Shown here: positions 38,054 to 46,575 of the stretch, piece after piece
Layout: each line of letters begins with the position of its first letter
How positions within the stretch are numbered: the stretch's first letter is position 1
Assembly: GCA_013141325.1 (NCBI GenBank)
Contig: JABFRE010000091.1
Span: 1-46,575 of the forward strand
From: Novosphingobium sp.
Lineage (GTDB): Bacteria > Pseudomonadota > Alphaproteobacteria > Sphingomonadales > Sphingomonadaceae
Reading direction: 5' to 3'
Length of the DNA: 46,575 nucleotides
Made by a program: the position numbers and the translations under genes
Notes under the pieces: generated by a model
Told to the model about the DNA's origin: nothing
Seen by the model: the letters and a program-made list of their open reading frames with translations, nothing else
Databases searched by the model: none

Positions 38054-38148
38054 CACCACCCCCAACCCCCTCCTCTGAAGAGGAGGGGGCTTCGCGGGAG
38101 CACTTTCGGCTCCCCGTCCTCTTCGGAGGAGGGGGTTGGAGGGTGGTG
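38054..38148. repeat. REP-like inverted dimer (CCCCCTCCTC...GAGGAGGGGG type)
   Basis: Left arm CACCACCCCCAACCCCCTCCTCTGAAGAGGAGGGGG; the reverse complement of the right arm is CACCACCCTCCAACCCCCTCCTCCGAAGAGGACGGGG. Confidence 0.82.
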
Positions 38149-38183
38149 GACCCGCCGCCGATTTTGGCATAGGCGCACTGCCC

Positions 38184-38450
38184 ATGAACCCCGCCGACCG
38201 CCTTCGCCGCCTCAAATTCCGCGCCTGGCACCGCGGCACGCGCGAGGCCGACTACATGATCGGCGGCTTCTTCGACCGGTATGGCATGACTTGGAACGAG
38301 GCCGAAATCGCCTGGTTCGAAGCGCTGCTTGATGAGGAAGACGTCGACATCCTGGGCTGGGCCCTGGGCACGCTGGCAGTGCCGATCGAGTTCGCCGGGC
38401 CGCAGATGGATGCCTTCCGCAAGCTCGACTATGTCGAAATCCCGCGCTGA
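38184..38450 (+). CDS. sdhE: Succinate dehydrogenase assembly factor 2 (FAD assembly factor)
   Basis: RLKFRAWHRGTREAD (RGxxE); recG-sdhE-mfd synteny. Confidence 0.92.
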   Translation: MNPADRLRRLKFRAWHRGTREADYMIGGFFDRYGMTWNEAEIAWFEALLDEEDVDILGWALGTLAVPIEFAGPQMDAFRKLDYVEIPR

Positions 38451-38541
38451 CAGGCTGAACGCAAGCCGCTAAGGCAGCGCGAATCCTCCCACCCCGCTGG
38501 CCATCAAAATGGCACGCGGGGCAATTGCTGTTGCGCGAACC

Positions 38542-41500
38542 ATGCCAGACCTGTCCCGATTGCTGACCGCCAAAACCCCGCTGACGCTGGCCTCGCTCGC
38601 CCGCGGCGCGCAGCCGCTGGTCCTGGCCGATCTGGCCCGCGCCGCCAAAGGCCGGGCCGTGTTCATCGCGCCGGACGATGCGGCAATGCAGGGGATTGTC
38701 GACAGCGCCGCCTATTTCGCCCCCGAGGTCGAGGTGATTGCCTTTCCGGCGTGGGACTGCCTGCCCTATGACCGTGCCAGCCCCGCTTTGTCGGTCAGCG
38801 CGCGGCGACTGGCGGCCCTGCACCGGTTGCAGGGCCCGGCTGCGGGTCCGCAGCTGTTGGTCACCACGACCGGCGCCGTACTGCAACGCACCTTGACCCC
38901 GTTCCGGATCCGCGAAAGCGTCAAGCTGTTGAAGCCGGGAATGGAGATCGGCCGCGAAAGCCTGATCGCGCTGCTCCAGCGGCAGGGTTACAGCCGCACC
39001 GATACCGTGGCCGACGCCGGCGAATACGCAGTGCGCGGATCGCTGTTCGACATATTCCCCTCGGGCCTCGAATCCGGGCTGCGGCTTGATTTCTTCGGCG
39101 ACGAGCTGGAAACGCTGCGGCTGTTCGATCCCAATACGCAGCGCTCGACCGGGCCGGTGGACCAGCACCTGCTTCTGCCTGCCAGCGAGGCCCTGCTGGA
39201 CGATGACACGGTCAAGCGGTTCCGCACCCGCTACCGTGAACAGTTCGGCGCCAACGCCACCTCCGATCCGCTCTATCAAGCGGTCAGCGACGGCCGGCGG
39301 CTGGCCGGGATGGAACACTGGTTGCCGCTGTTCGAAGACCGGCTCAGCGCGCTGTTCGATCATCTTGGCAGCGACGACCTGATTGTGATCGACAGCGCAG
39401 CCCAAAGCGCTGCGGATGAGCGACTGGGCGACATCGCTGACTACTTCGCGGCCCGGTCCGACACATCGGGCAAGGCGCCGGGCAGCTACCGCCCGCTCGA
39501 TCCGGCGGGGCTCTATCTTGGCCGCGCCGAATTCGACGCCGTGCTGGACAGCGCCCCGGTCCACCGCGCCGACATCTTCGCCCAGCCCGAAAGCGCGCGG
39601 GTGATCGACTGCGGCTTTTCCGGAAGCCGCGACTTTGCCCCCGAACGTGCCCGCGGAGACAACGTGTACGAGGCCGCGGCCACCTATCTGGCCGGACAGG
39701 CCAAACTTGGCCGCAAGGTGCTGATTGCCGCCTATTCGCCGGGTAGCCGCGCCCGGATCGCGGCGATCCTGGGCGAAGCGGTTAAGCCCGAGCCGGTGCT
39801 GGCCGGCAGCTGGCAGGAGGCGCTGGGACTGGCCGCCAAGGGCACCCCTGTGGCGCTGGTCTTGCCGCTGGATAGCGGTTTTGCCAACGCCGAGCTCGAA
39901 CTGGTTACCGAGCAGGACATCCTGGGCGACCGGCTCGTCCGCCGCAAGAAGCGCCGCAAGGGCGCCGACGCCTTTCTTGCCGAACTCGCTGCGCTGACGC
40001 CGGGCGATCTGGTGGTCCACATGGAGCACGGGATCGGCCGCTATGGCGGACTGCAATCGATCCCCGTGGGCGACAGTCCGCACGACTGCGTGATGCTGGA
40101 GTACGCCGGGGGCGACAAACTCTATGTCCCGGTCGAGAATATCGACGTGCTGAGCCGCTATGGCAGCGACAACGAATTCGTCGGGCTTGACCGGTTGGGC
40201 GGCGAAGGCTGGCAAAAGCGCAAGGCCCGGCTGAAAGAGCGGATTCGCGAAATTGCGCACGCCCTGCTCAAGACCGCCGCGCTGCGCGCGCTGCGCCAGG
40301 CCCCGGCGCTGGTGCCCGATTCTGCGGCCTATGACCAGTTCGCCGAGAAGTTTCCCTGGGCCGAAACCGAGGATCAGGAACGCGCGATTGAGGAGGTGCT
40401 CGACGATCTGGGCGCCGGACGGCCGATGGACCGGCTGGTCTGCGGCGATGTCGGCTTCGGCAAGACCGAGGTTGCCCTGCGCGCCGCCTTCGTCGCCGCC
40501 ATGGCCGGGCAGCAGGTGGCCGTGGTTGCCCCCACTACCCTGCTCGCCCGCCAGCATTTCACCGGCTTTCGCGAACGCTTCGCCGGCTTCCCGCTCAACG
40601 TCGGGCGCCTCTCGCGGCTGGTCGGGGACAAGGAAGCACGCGAAACCCGCGCCGGATTGGAAGCCGGGCAGATCGACGTGGTGATCGGAACCCACGCGAT
40701 CCTGGCAAAAAGCGTCAAGTTCAAGCGGCTCGGTCTCGTGGTCGTCGACGAAGAGCAGCGCTTCGGCGTTACCCACAAGGAAGCGCTCAAGCAGCTGCGC
40801 GCCAATGTCCACGTCCTCACCCTCACCGCCACCCCGATCCCGCGGACCTTGCAGATGGCCATGTCGGGCCTGCGCGAGCTGTCGACCATCCAGACCCCGC
40901 CTGTCGACCGGCTGGCGGTGCGCACCTATGTGATGGAATGGGACGACATGGTGATGCGCGAGGCCTTGCTGCGCGAACACCATCGCGGCGGGCAGAGCTT
41001 CATCGTCGTGCCGCGGATCGCCGACATGGCCGATGTCGAGCAATGGCTGCGCGACACCGTACCCGAAATCCGTTTCATCGCCGCCCACGGCCAGATGGCG
41101 GCGGGCGAAGTGGAAGAGCGGATGAGCGCCTTCTACGAAAAGAAGTACGAGGTGCTGCTGTCCACCACCATCGTCGAAAGCGGGCTGGATATCCCCAGCG
41201 CCAACACGATCATCATCCACCGGGCGGACCGGTTCGGCCTGGCCCAGCTGTACCAGCTGCGCGGGCGGGTCGGCCGGGCCAAGCTGCGCGCCTATGCCTA
41301 TCTCACCACCCCGGCGGACACCCAGCTGTCCGAGGTCGCGGAGAAGCGGCTGAAGGTGCTGGGCGATCTCGATTCGCTGGGAGCGGGCTTCCAGCTGGCC
41401 AGCCACGATCTGGACATCCGCGGCGCGGGCAACCTGTTGGGCGACGAACAATCGGGCCACATCCGCGAAGTCGGGTTCGAACTGTACCAGTCGATGCTGG

Positions 41501-42015
41501 AAGACGCGATCCTGGCGGCCAAGGCCGGTGACATGGGCCTCGCCAAGGAACGCCATGCGCTGAGCCCGCAGATCACCGTCGATGCCCCGATCATGATCCC
41601 CGAGGACTATGTTCCCGATCTGGCGGTGCGGATGGCGCTCTATCGCCGTCTCAACGATACCGAGGATCAGGCCGAGATCGAATCGCTGTCAGCCGAGATG
41701 ATCGACAGGTTCGGTGCGCTGCCCACTCCTACCGCCAATCTGATCAAGCTGATCCAGATCAAGCGTCAGGCGATCGAGGCGAACATTTCCAAGATAGATG
41801 TTGGCGCCAAGGGGACGCTGGTGTCGTTCCACCAGGACCGCTTCGTCGATCCCGCCGGCCTGTTCGCCTATGCCGAGCGGCTGCAAGGCACGATCAAGCT
41901 GCGCCCCGACAGCAAGATCGTTGTCACCCGCGTCTGGGGCGACCCCGCAGCGCGGCTCAACGGCCTGTACCAGCTGACCAAGGGGCTCAGCCAGATCGCA
42001 CGGAAGGCGAAATAG
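38542..42015 (+). CDS. mfd: Transcription-repair coupling factor
   Basis: UvrB-like N-terminus, VVHMEHGIGRY RID domain, GDVGFGKTE, DEEQRFG, QLRGRVGR, TRCF C-terminus. Confidence 0.97.
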   Translation: MPDLSRLLTAKTPLTLASLARGAQPLVLADLARAAKGRAVFIAPDDAAMQGIVDSAAYFAPEVEVIAFPAWDCLPYDRASPALSVSARRLAALHRLQGPAAGPQLLVTTTGAVLQRTLTPFRIRESVKLLKPGMEIGRESLIALLQRQGYSRTDTVADAGEYAVRGSLFDIFPSGLESGLRLDFFGDELETLRLFDPNTQRSTGPVDQHLLLPASEALLDDDTVKRFRTRYREQFGANATSDPLYQAVSDGRRLAGMEHWLPLFEDRLSALFDHLGSDDLIVIDSAAQSAADERLGDIADYFAARSDTSGKAPGSYRPLDPAGLYLGRAEFDAVLDSAPVHRADIFAQPESARVIDCGFSGSRDFAPERARGDNVYEAAATYLAGQAKLGRKVLIAAYSPGSRARIAAILGEAVKPEPVLAGSWQEALGLAAKGTPVALVLPLDSGFANAELELVTEQDILGDRLVRRKKRRKGADAFLAELAALTPGDLVVHMEHGIGRYGGLQSIPVGDSPHDCVMLEYAGGDKLYVPVENIDVLSRYGSDNEFVGLDRLGGEGWQKRKARLKERIREIAHALLKTAALRALRQAPALVPDSAAYDQFAEKFPWAETEDQERAIEEVLDDLGAGRPMDRLVCGDVGFGKTEVALRAAFVAAMAGQQVAVVAPTTLLARQHFTGFRERFAGFPLNVGRLSRLVGDKEARETRAGLEAGQIDVVIGTHAILAKSVKFKRLGLVVVDEEQRFGVTHKEALKQLRANVHVLTLTATPIPRTLQMAMSGLRELSTIQTPPVDRLAVRTYVMEWDDMVMREALLREHHRGGQSFIVVPRIADMADVEQWLRDTVPEIRFIAAHGQMAAGEVEERMSAFYEKKYEVLLSTTIVESGLDIPSANTIIIHRADRFGLAQLYQLRGRVGRAKLRAYAYLTTPADTQLSEVAEKRLKVLGDLDSLGAGFQLASHDLDIRGAGNLLGDEQSGHIREVGFELYQSMLEDAILAAKAGDMGLAKERHALSPQITVDAPIMIPEDYVPDLAVRMALYRRLNDTEDQAEIESLSAEMIDRFGALPTPTANLIKLIQIKRQAIEANISKIDVGAKGTLVSFHQDRFVDPAGLFAYAERLQGTIKLRPDSKIVVTRVWGDPAARLNGLYQLTKGLSQIARKAK

Positions 42016-42016
42016 G

Positions 42017-42096
42017 CGTCTTCCCCGGCTTGATCGGGGACCGCAGGCCTTCCACGCAGCGAAGCGGCCTGCGATCCCGCGTTCGCTGGGACGACG
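42017..42096. repeat. CGTC-tagged REP-like inverted dimer between convergent genes
   Basis: Termini CGTCTTCCCC...GGGACGACG; inner 13-bp stem at 42037-42049 / 42066-42078 with one mismatch. Confidence 0.65.
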
Positions 42097-42098
42097 CG

Positions 42099-43391
42099 TT
42101 ACCCCCGCGCCAAGTCCAGAAAATCTGCCGCGCTCATTGGCTGGGCCCGCAGGTAGCCTTGGTAATAGGCGCAGCCTTCTGCCGCGGCCAGCGCCCGCTG
42201 CGCCTCGTTTTCGACGCCTTCGGCGATCACCTTGAGGTCCAGCGCTCCGGCCATCGCCACGATCGCGCGCAGCACCGCCAGGTCACGCGGATCGCCGGCG
42301 ATCCCGTCGATCATGCTGCGGTCCAGCTTGAGGTAGTGCAGCGGCAGCAGCTTGAGATAGCGAAAGTTGCAGAACCCCGCGCCGAAATCGTCGAGCGCGA
42401 TCCGCATCCCCTGCCCGGCCAGCGTTCCCAGCGCCTGCGCCGCATGGTTGACGTCCGAAAGCAGCACCTGCTCGGTTACTTCCAGCGTCAGCCGCCAGGC
42501 GGGGAAGCCGCACTTCTTGGCCAGCGCCGCAAACTCGGCCGCGAAATCGCCCGACGCGAGATCGCTGGGCGTGACGTTGAGCGACAGCCGCAGATCCATC
42601 GGCCAGCGCTTCGCTCCCTTCAGCGCCAATCGCGCGACGTGGCGCGAAAGCTGGGCGACGTGATCGGCGCGCTCGGCAACGGCAAACAGCGCACCGGCCC
42701 CGATCCTGCCCAGTTCCGGGTGGTTCCAGCGCGCCAGCGCCTCGGCCCCGGTCAGGTGATCGCCGGTGCAGGCGAACTGCGGCTGGTAGACCACTTCGAT
42801 CTCGTTGCCGTCGAGCGCGTGCAGCAGATCGGCTTCGAGCTGGGCGGCGCTGCGCCCGGCCCGGGTCGATTCCCCATCGGCCCAGCTCAGCCGCCGCGCC
42901 GACTGGTTCATCGCGCTCGACAGTGCCTGACCAAGCCGGTCAAGAACCGATTCCGCATCGTCGTGCGGCAGACCGCGCAGCAGCGCCGCGCGGGGTGAAA
43001 GGCGCAGGGTTCCGCCCGGAGCGGCGATCGGCCGGGCGAGTGCGTCCAGCAGCTGCGCGGCGATCATCTGCCAGCGTTCACGGCTGCACGGCTGGGCGCT
43101 AAGCAGCAGGAACTGCCCCCCGCCGCTGCGGGCCGCCAGCCAGGCCCCGTCGAGTTCGTCACCGGCGAAGTGCTTGAGCCGCGCCGCGACTTCGCCCAGC
43201 GCGGCATCGCCCGATGCGCTGCCGTAGGCCAGGTTGACGGCATCGAAACGCCGCAGTCCGATCAGCAGGGCATGGACCTGTTCGCCATGCTGGAGCCATT
43301 CCGACAGCCGCGCACGCGCAGCTTCGCGGCCGGGCAGCCCGGTCACGGCATCGCGGCTCGCCTCGAACTCGTCGGGATGGAGCGTGGTCAT
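42099..43391 (-). CDS. GGDEF-EAL protein with degenerate GGDEF (probable c-di-GMP phosphodiesterase)
   Basis: DAVTGLP and RSGGGQF in place of GGDEF; intact YQPQ, EALARW, EVTE, DDFGAG, KLDRS, AEGVE and QGY. Confidence 0.9.
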   Translation of the reverse strand: MTTLHPDEFEASRDAVTGLPGREAARARLSEWLQHGEQVHALLIGLRRFDAVNLAYGSASGDAALGEVAARLKHFAGDELDGAWLAARSGGGQFLLLSAQPCSRERWQMIAAQLLDALARPIAAPGGTLRLSPRAALLRGLPHDDAESVLDRLGQALSSAMNQSARRLSWADGESTRAGRSAAQLEADLLHALDGNEIEVVYQPQFACTGDHLTGAEALARWNHPELGRIGAGALFAVAERADHVAQLSRHVARLALKGAKRWPMDLRLSLNVTPSDLASGDFAAEFAALAKKCGFPAWRLTLEVTEQVLLSDVNHAAQALGTLAGQGMRIALDDFGAGFCNFRYLKLLPLHYLKLDRSMIDGIAGDPRDLAVLRAIVAMAGALDLKVIAEGVENEAQRALAAAEGCAYYQGYLRAQPMSAADFLDLARG

Positions 43392-43469
43392 CGCCCCGCC
43401 ATAGCCCGCAGGCTCCTACCAAATTGTTGCGTTGCCAAGCTTCTCGCCCGGCCATATGCATCGCAGCCG

Positions 43470-44249
43470 ATGAGCAAGCCCCTGCGCCTGGCCCTGATGC
43501 CTTCGGATACCGACCGCGCGCACGAGGCGGCAGCGGCGTTGCGCGAAGGCGCGGATTTCGTTTCCCCCGATCAGGCCGATGCGGTGGTGGTGCTGGGCGG
43601 CGACGGGCACATGCTCCATTGCCTGCACCAGATGCTCGACAGCGGGCGGGTGATCCCGGCCTACGGCCTCAACTACGGCACCGTGGGCTTCATGATGAAC
43701 AAGCCCAAGTCGAGCCGCACCCTTGAAGAGCGCGTGGCGCGGGCCAGGCCGCTGGTCGTCACCCCGCTGGAGATGACCGCCACCACCGGCAGCGGCAGCG
43801 AGGAGAGCTTCTTTGCGATCAACGAAGTCTCGCTGCTGCGCGAAACCCGCCAGACTGCCAAGTTGGAGGTTGCGGTCAACGGCAAGGTCCGCCTGCCGGA
43901 GCTCTATTGCGACGGTATCCTGATGGCGACCCCGGCAGGGTCCACCGCTTACAACCTCTCGGCCAACGGTCCGATCCTGCCGATGGGTTCGAACATGCTG
44001 GCGCTGACTCCGATCAGCCCGTTCCGCCCCCGGCGCTGGCGCGGGGCGATCATTCCCGATCATTACGAGGTTGAATTCAAGGTCCTCGACCCGGAAAAGC
44101 GCCCGGTGGCGGCGGTGGCCGACCAGAAGGAACTGCGCGACATCCAGGCCGTGCGGATTCGCGTCGCGCGCGACAAGCAGCTGCAATTGCTGTTCGATCC
44201 GGGGCGCACGCTCGAAGAACGCATTTTTGCCGAGCAGTTCCACTTCTGA
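43470..44249 (+). CDS. nadK: NAD kinase
   Basis: LGGDG, GTVGF, INEV, DGILMATPAGSTAYNLSANGP. Confidence 0.94.
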   Translation: MSKPLRLALMPSDTDRAHEAAAALREGADFVSPDQADAVVVLGGDGHMLHCLHQMLDSGRVIPAYGLNYGTVGFMMNKPKSSRTLEERVARARPLVVTPLEMTATTGSGSEESFFAINEVSLLRETRQTAKLEVAVNGKVRLPELYCDGILMATPAGSTAYNLSANGPILPMGSNMLALTPISPFRPRRWRGAIIPDHYEVEFKVLDPEKRPVAAVADQKELRDIQAVRIRVARDKQLQLLFDPGRTLEERIFAEQFHF

Positions 44250-44270
44250 CGAAAATCGAAGGGGCACCGC

Positions 44271-44298
44271 TTGCCAAACCCATCGGCGCTGTTATAGG
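44271..44298 (+). promoter_or_regulatory. sigma70-type promoter of tRNA-Asn
   Basis: TTGCCA-N16-TATAGG followed by a GC-rich discriminator. Confidence 0.6.
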
Positions 44299-44329
44299 CG
44301 CACCCCTGTCCGAAAGGCGGCCCGAGCAT

Positions 44330-44404
44330 TCCCCGATAGCTCAGCGGTAGAGTAGGTGACTGTTAATCACTTGGTCGTAGGTTCGAATCCTACTCGGGGA
44401 GCCA
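44330..44404 (+). tRNA. tRNA-Asn(GTT)
   Basis: TCCCCGA acceptor stem, GGTGA-CTGTTAA-TCACT anticodon arm, GTTCGAAT, CCA. Confidence 0.97.
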
Positions 44405-44419
44405 CCTTCGAGGACTTTC

Positions 44420-44452
44420 AAAGCCCTGCCCCACGGCAGGGCTTTTTGTTTT
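44420..44452 (+). terminator. Rho-independent terminator (possibly bidirectional)
   Basis: AAAGCCCTGCC-CCAC-GGCAGGGCTTTTTGTTTT between tRNA-Asn and the convergent TauE gene. Confidence 0.85.
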
Positions 44453-45189
44453 CAGCCCAGCAACAGCCGACTGCCGGCCCAGATCGTCAGCGCCGCCGTC
44501 AGCCAGCGGATCGCCCGTTCGGGTAGGAAGCGCAGCGCCAGAACCGAACCGATCTGCCCGCCCAGCACCACCGCAATCAACAGCGGCAGGGCACCCGACA
44601 ACGCCTCGGCGAAGCGCTCAGGCCCGTTCTTGGCGAGCTGCCCGGCAAGCCCGGCCAGTGAATTTATCAGGATGAACAGGCTGGTGGTCGCAGCAATTGC
44701 GCGGGCCGGCGACCAGCGAGTCAGGTGGAGCAGCGGGGCCAGAAAAATACCCCCGCCGATCCCGACCAGCCCGGCCAGATAGCCCAGCGGCACGGCGGCC
44801 AGCGCCATGAAGCGGGCGGAGGGAAGCGGTAGAGCCTCGCGGTCCGGCGCGCGCGGAATGAACAGCGCCGAGCCCGCACCGACCAGACTGAGCCCCAGAA
44901 CCATCAGGAACGTCGCCTGCCTGATCGGCGTCAGTCCGCCCAGAAACGCCATCGGCGCGGCAACCAGCGCCAGCACCAGCGCGCGCTTCCAGGGTATCGC
45001 CCGCCCCTGCGCAAAGCGGATAGTGCTGCCGCCGACCACAACCACGTTGCAGACCAGGCTGACGATTGGCAGCAACCGGTAATCAAACCCGATCAGGCTG
45101 AGCAGCGCGCTATAGGTAGAGCCCCCGCCGAACCCGACCGACGCGTAGAGCAGTGCGGTCGCGAAAAAGCCGAAAGGCAGCCAGATCAT
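44452..45189 (-). CDS. Sulfite exporter TauE/SafE family membrane protein
   Basis: Duplicated GFGGG and GIGGG motifs; about 8 TM segments. Confidence 0.9.
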   Translation of the reverse strand: MIWLPFGFFATALLYASVGFGGGSTYSALLSLIGFDYRLLPIVSLVCNVVVVGGSTIRFAQGRAIPWKRALVLALVAAPMAFLGGLTPIRQATFLMVLGLSLVGAGSALFIPRAPDREALPLPSARFMALAAVPLGYLAGLVGIGGGIFLAPLLHLTRWSPARAIAATTSLFILINSLAGLAGQLAKNGPERFAEALSGALPLLIAVVLGGQIGSVLALRFLPERAIRWLTAALTIWAGSRLLLG

Positions 45190-45219
45190 GAATGCTCCCT
45201 CACCCGGAGAGGATCGAGG

Positions 45220-46575
45220 TCACGCCGCAGCGCCGTGGCAGTGCTTGTACTTCTCGCCCGATCCGCAAGGGCACAGCGCATTGCGCGACAGACCCAGCGC
45301 GGCATAGGGGTCGCCCTCGCCCGGCGTCGGCAGGACACCGCTGGCCGCGGACACCTCGGCCCCGCCCAGCGCGCTCATCATCGCTGCGGCACCCGGGGTC
45401 GGCGCCAGAGCGTCGTTCTCACCGGTGAACGGATCGATATGGCTGGTGAGGAAGTCCGGCAGGTCGGGCAATTCGACCGGTTCGGGCATCCGCAGTTCGC
45501 TGTTCATCAGAATCCGGGTCACGTCCTCGCGGATCGTTTCCAGCATCTTTTCGAACAGACCGAAGGCTTCCTGCTTGTATTCGTTGATCGGCGTCTTCTG
45601 GGCATAGGCGCGCAGGAATACCACCTGACGCAGCGCATCGAGCGTCGCGAGATGTTCCTTCCAGTAGTGATCGAGCCGTTCGAGCAGGATCTGCTTTTCA
45701 ACCTGCCGCCAGATCCCGTCGTCTTCACCGATCTTGGCCGCCATCTTCGCGTCGGCCTGTTCGACAATCCGGGCTTCGATATCTTCGGGCTCGATCCCGT
45801 CTTCGCCCATCCAGGCCTCGAACGGCGCGTCGATCCCGGTCACTTCGGCGACCCGGGTCTTGAGCGCGGCGATATCCCACTGTTCCGGATAGGATCCCGG
45901 CGGGCAGGCGTCGCCGACCAGCGCGTTGATCGTGTCGTGGCGCATGTCGAGCACAACCTCGTCGACGGTTTCGGCATCCATGATGTCGGCACGCTGCTCG
46001 TAGATCACCTTGCGCTGATCGTTCATCACGTCGTCGTATTCGACCACCTGCTTGCGGATGTCGTAGTTGCGCGCCTCGACCTTCTTCTGCGCGGTCTCGA
46101 TCGCCTTGGACAGCCACTTGGACCCGATCGCCTCGCCGTCGGCCAGGTTCGAGTTCATCATCTTGGAGAACAGCGTGTCCGGCCCGAAGATGCGCAGCAG
46201 ATCGTCCTCGAGGCAGAGGTAAAACTTCGACAGTCCCGGATCGCCCTGACGGCCCGAACGGCCGCGCAGCTGGTTGTCGATCCGGCGGCTTTCGTGGCGT
46301 TCGGTACCGATCACGCACAGACCGCCGGCAGCCAGCACCCGATCCCTGTCGGCCTCGACCTCTGCCTTGATCTTTTCGATCGCGGCGTCGCGCGTTGCGC
46401 CTTCGGGCGTGTCGGCAAGTTCGTCGTCGATCCGGAATTCGGCATTGCCGCCCAGTTTGATGTCGGTACCGCGCCCGGCCATGTTGGTGGCGATGGTCAC
46501 CGCCCCCAGCCGTCCGGCCTGAGCGACGATATGCGCTTCCATTTCGTGGAAGCGGGCGTTGAGCACGTTGTGCTT
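45220..46575 (-). CDS. secA: Preprotein translocase SecA (5' part outside the window)
   Basis: [35 protein letters not shown]-terminal SEC-C motif [13 protein letters not shown]. Confidence 0.98.
   Translation of the reverse strand, partial: KHNVLNARFHEMEAHIVAQAGRLGAVTIATNMAGRGTDIKLGGNAEFRIDDELADTPEGATRDAAIEKIKAEVEADRDRVLAAGGLCVIGTERHESRRIDNQLRGRSGRQGDPGLSKFYLCLEDDLLRIFGPDTLFSKMMNSNLADGEAIGSKWLSKAIETAQKKVEARNYDIRKQVVEYDDVMNDQRKVIYEQRADIMDAETVDEVVLDMRHDTINALVGDACPPGSYPEQWDIAALKTRVAEVTGIDAPFEAWMGEDGIEPEDIEARIVEQADAKMAAKIGEDDGIWRQVEKQILLERLDHYWKEHLATLDALRQVVFLRAYAQKTPINEYKQEAFGLFEKMLETIREDVTRILMNSELRMPEPVELPDLPDFLTSHIDPFTGENDALAPTPGAAAMMSALGGAEVSAASGVLPTPGEGDPYAALGLSRNALCPCGSGEKYKHCHGAAA

Noticed and set aside
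1360-46522. Many long overlapping ORFs (e.g. 1360..2823, 2932..4641, 10221..11828, 23592..25847, 35542..37716, 38212..41556)
   Set aside because: They lie antisense or out of frame to well-supported genes, are typical of high-GC DNA, and show no recognisable motifs.
1-46575. CRISPR array, prophage, IS elements, defence island
   Set aside because: No regularly spaced direct repeats, cas, phage, transposase or recognisable defence genes were seen.

Overview
This is a high-GC chromosomal segment from an alphaproteobacterium. Gene content and protein sequences point to Sphingomonadales (Novosphingobium/Erythrobacteraceae-like; inference). The housekeeping backbone comprises the PEP-CTERM/XrtA regulatory cluster (sugar transferase-prsK-prsR-TPR protein), suhB-efp, thiE, fba, pgk-gap-tkt, zauP-zapA-6S RNA-ygfA, branched-chain keto-acid dehydrogenase E1a/E1b/E2, thyA, recG, sdhE-mfd, an EAL protein, NAD kinase and secA. 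There are four tRNAs (Leu-CAA, Asp-GTC, Pro-CGG, Asn-GTT). Accessory genes are interspersed: a rubrerythrin/Fe-S oxidoreductase/DUF3501 operon, an OPT transporter, an unusual 4-TM protein, a DoxX/Lrp/M13/isochorismatase block, a nucleotidyltransferase, an MBL hydrolase, a WYL-like gene and a baeRF12-like gene. Four REP-like palindromic elements lie in intergenic regions. I found no integrase, transposase, prophage or CRISPR array, and I cannot claim a clearly new multi-gene system. The best unexplained signal is an orphan sigma54-like promoter followed by a G-U-containing structured RNA at about 14269-14428. All family assignments come from motif recognition, not database searches.
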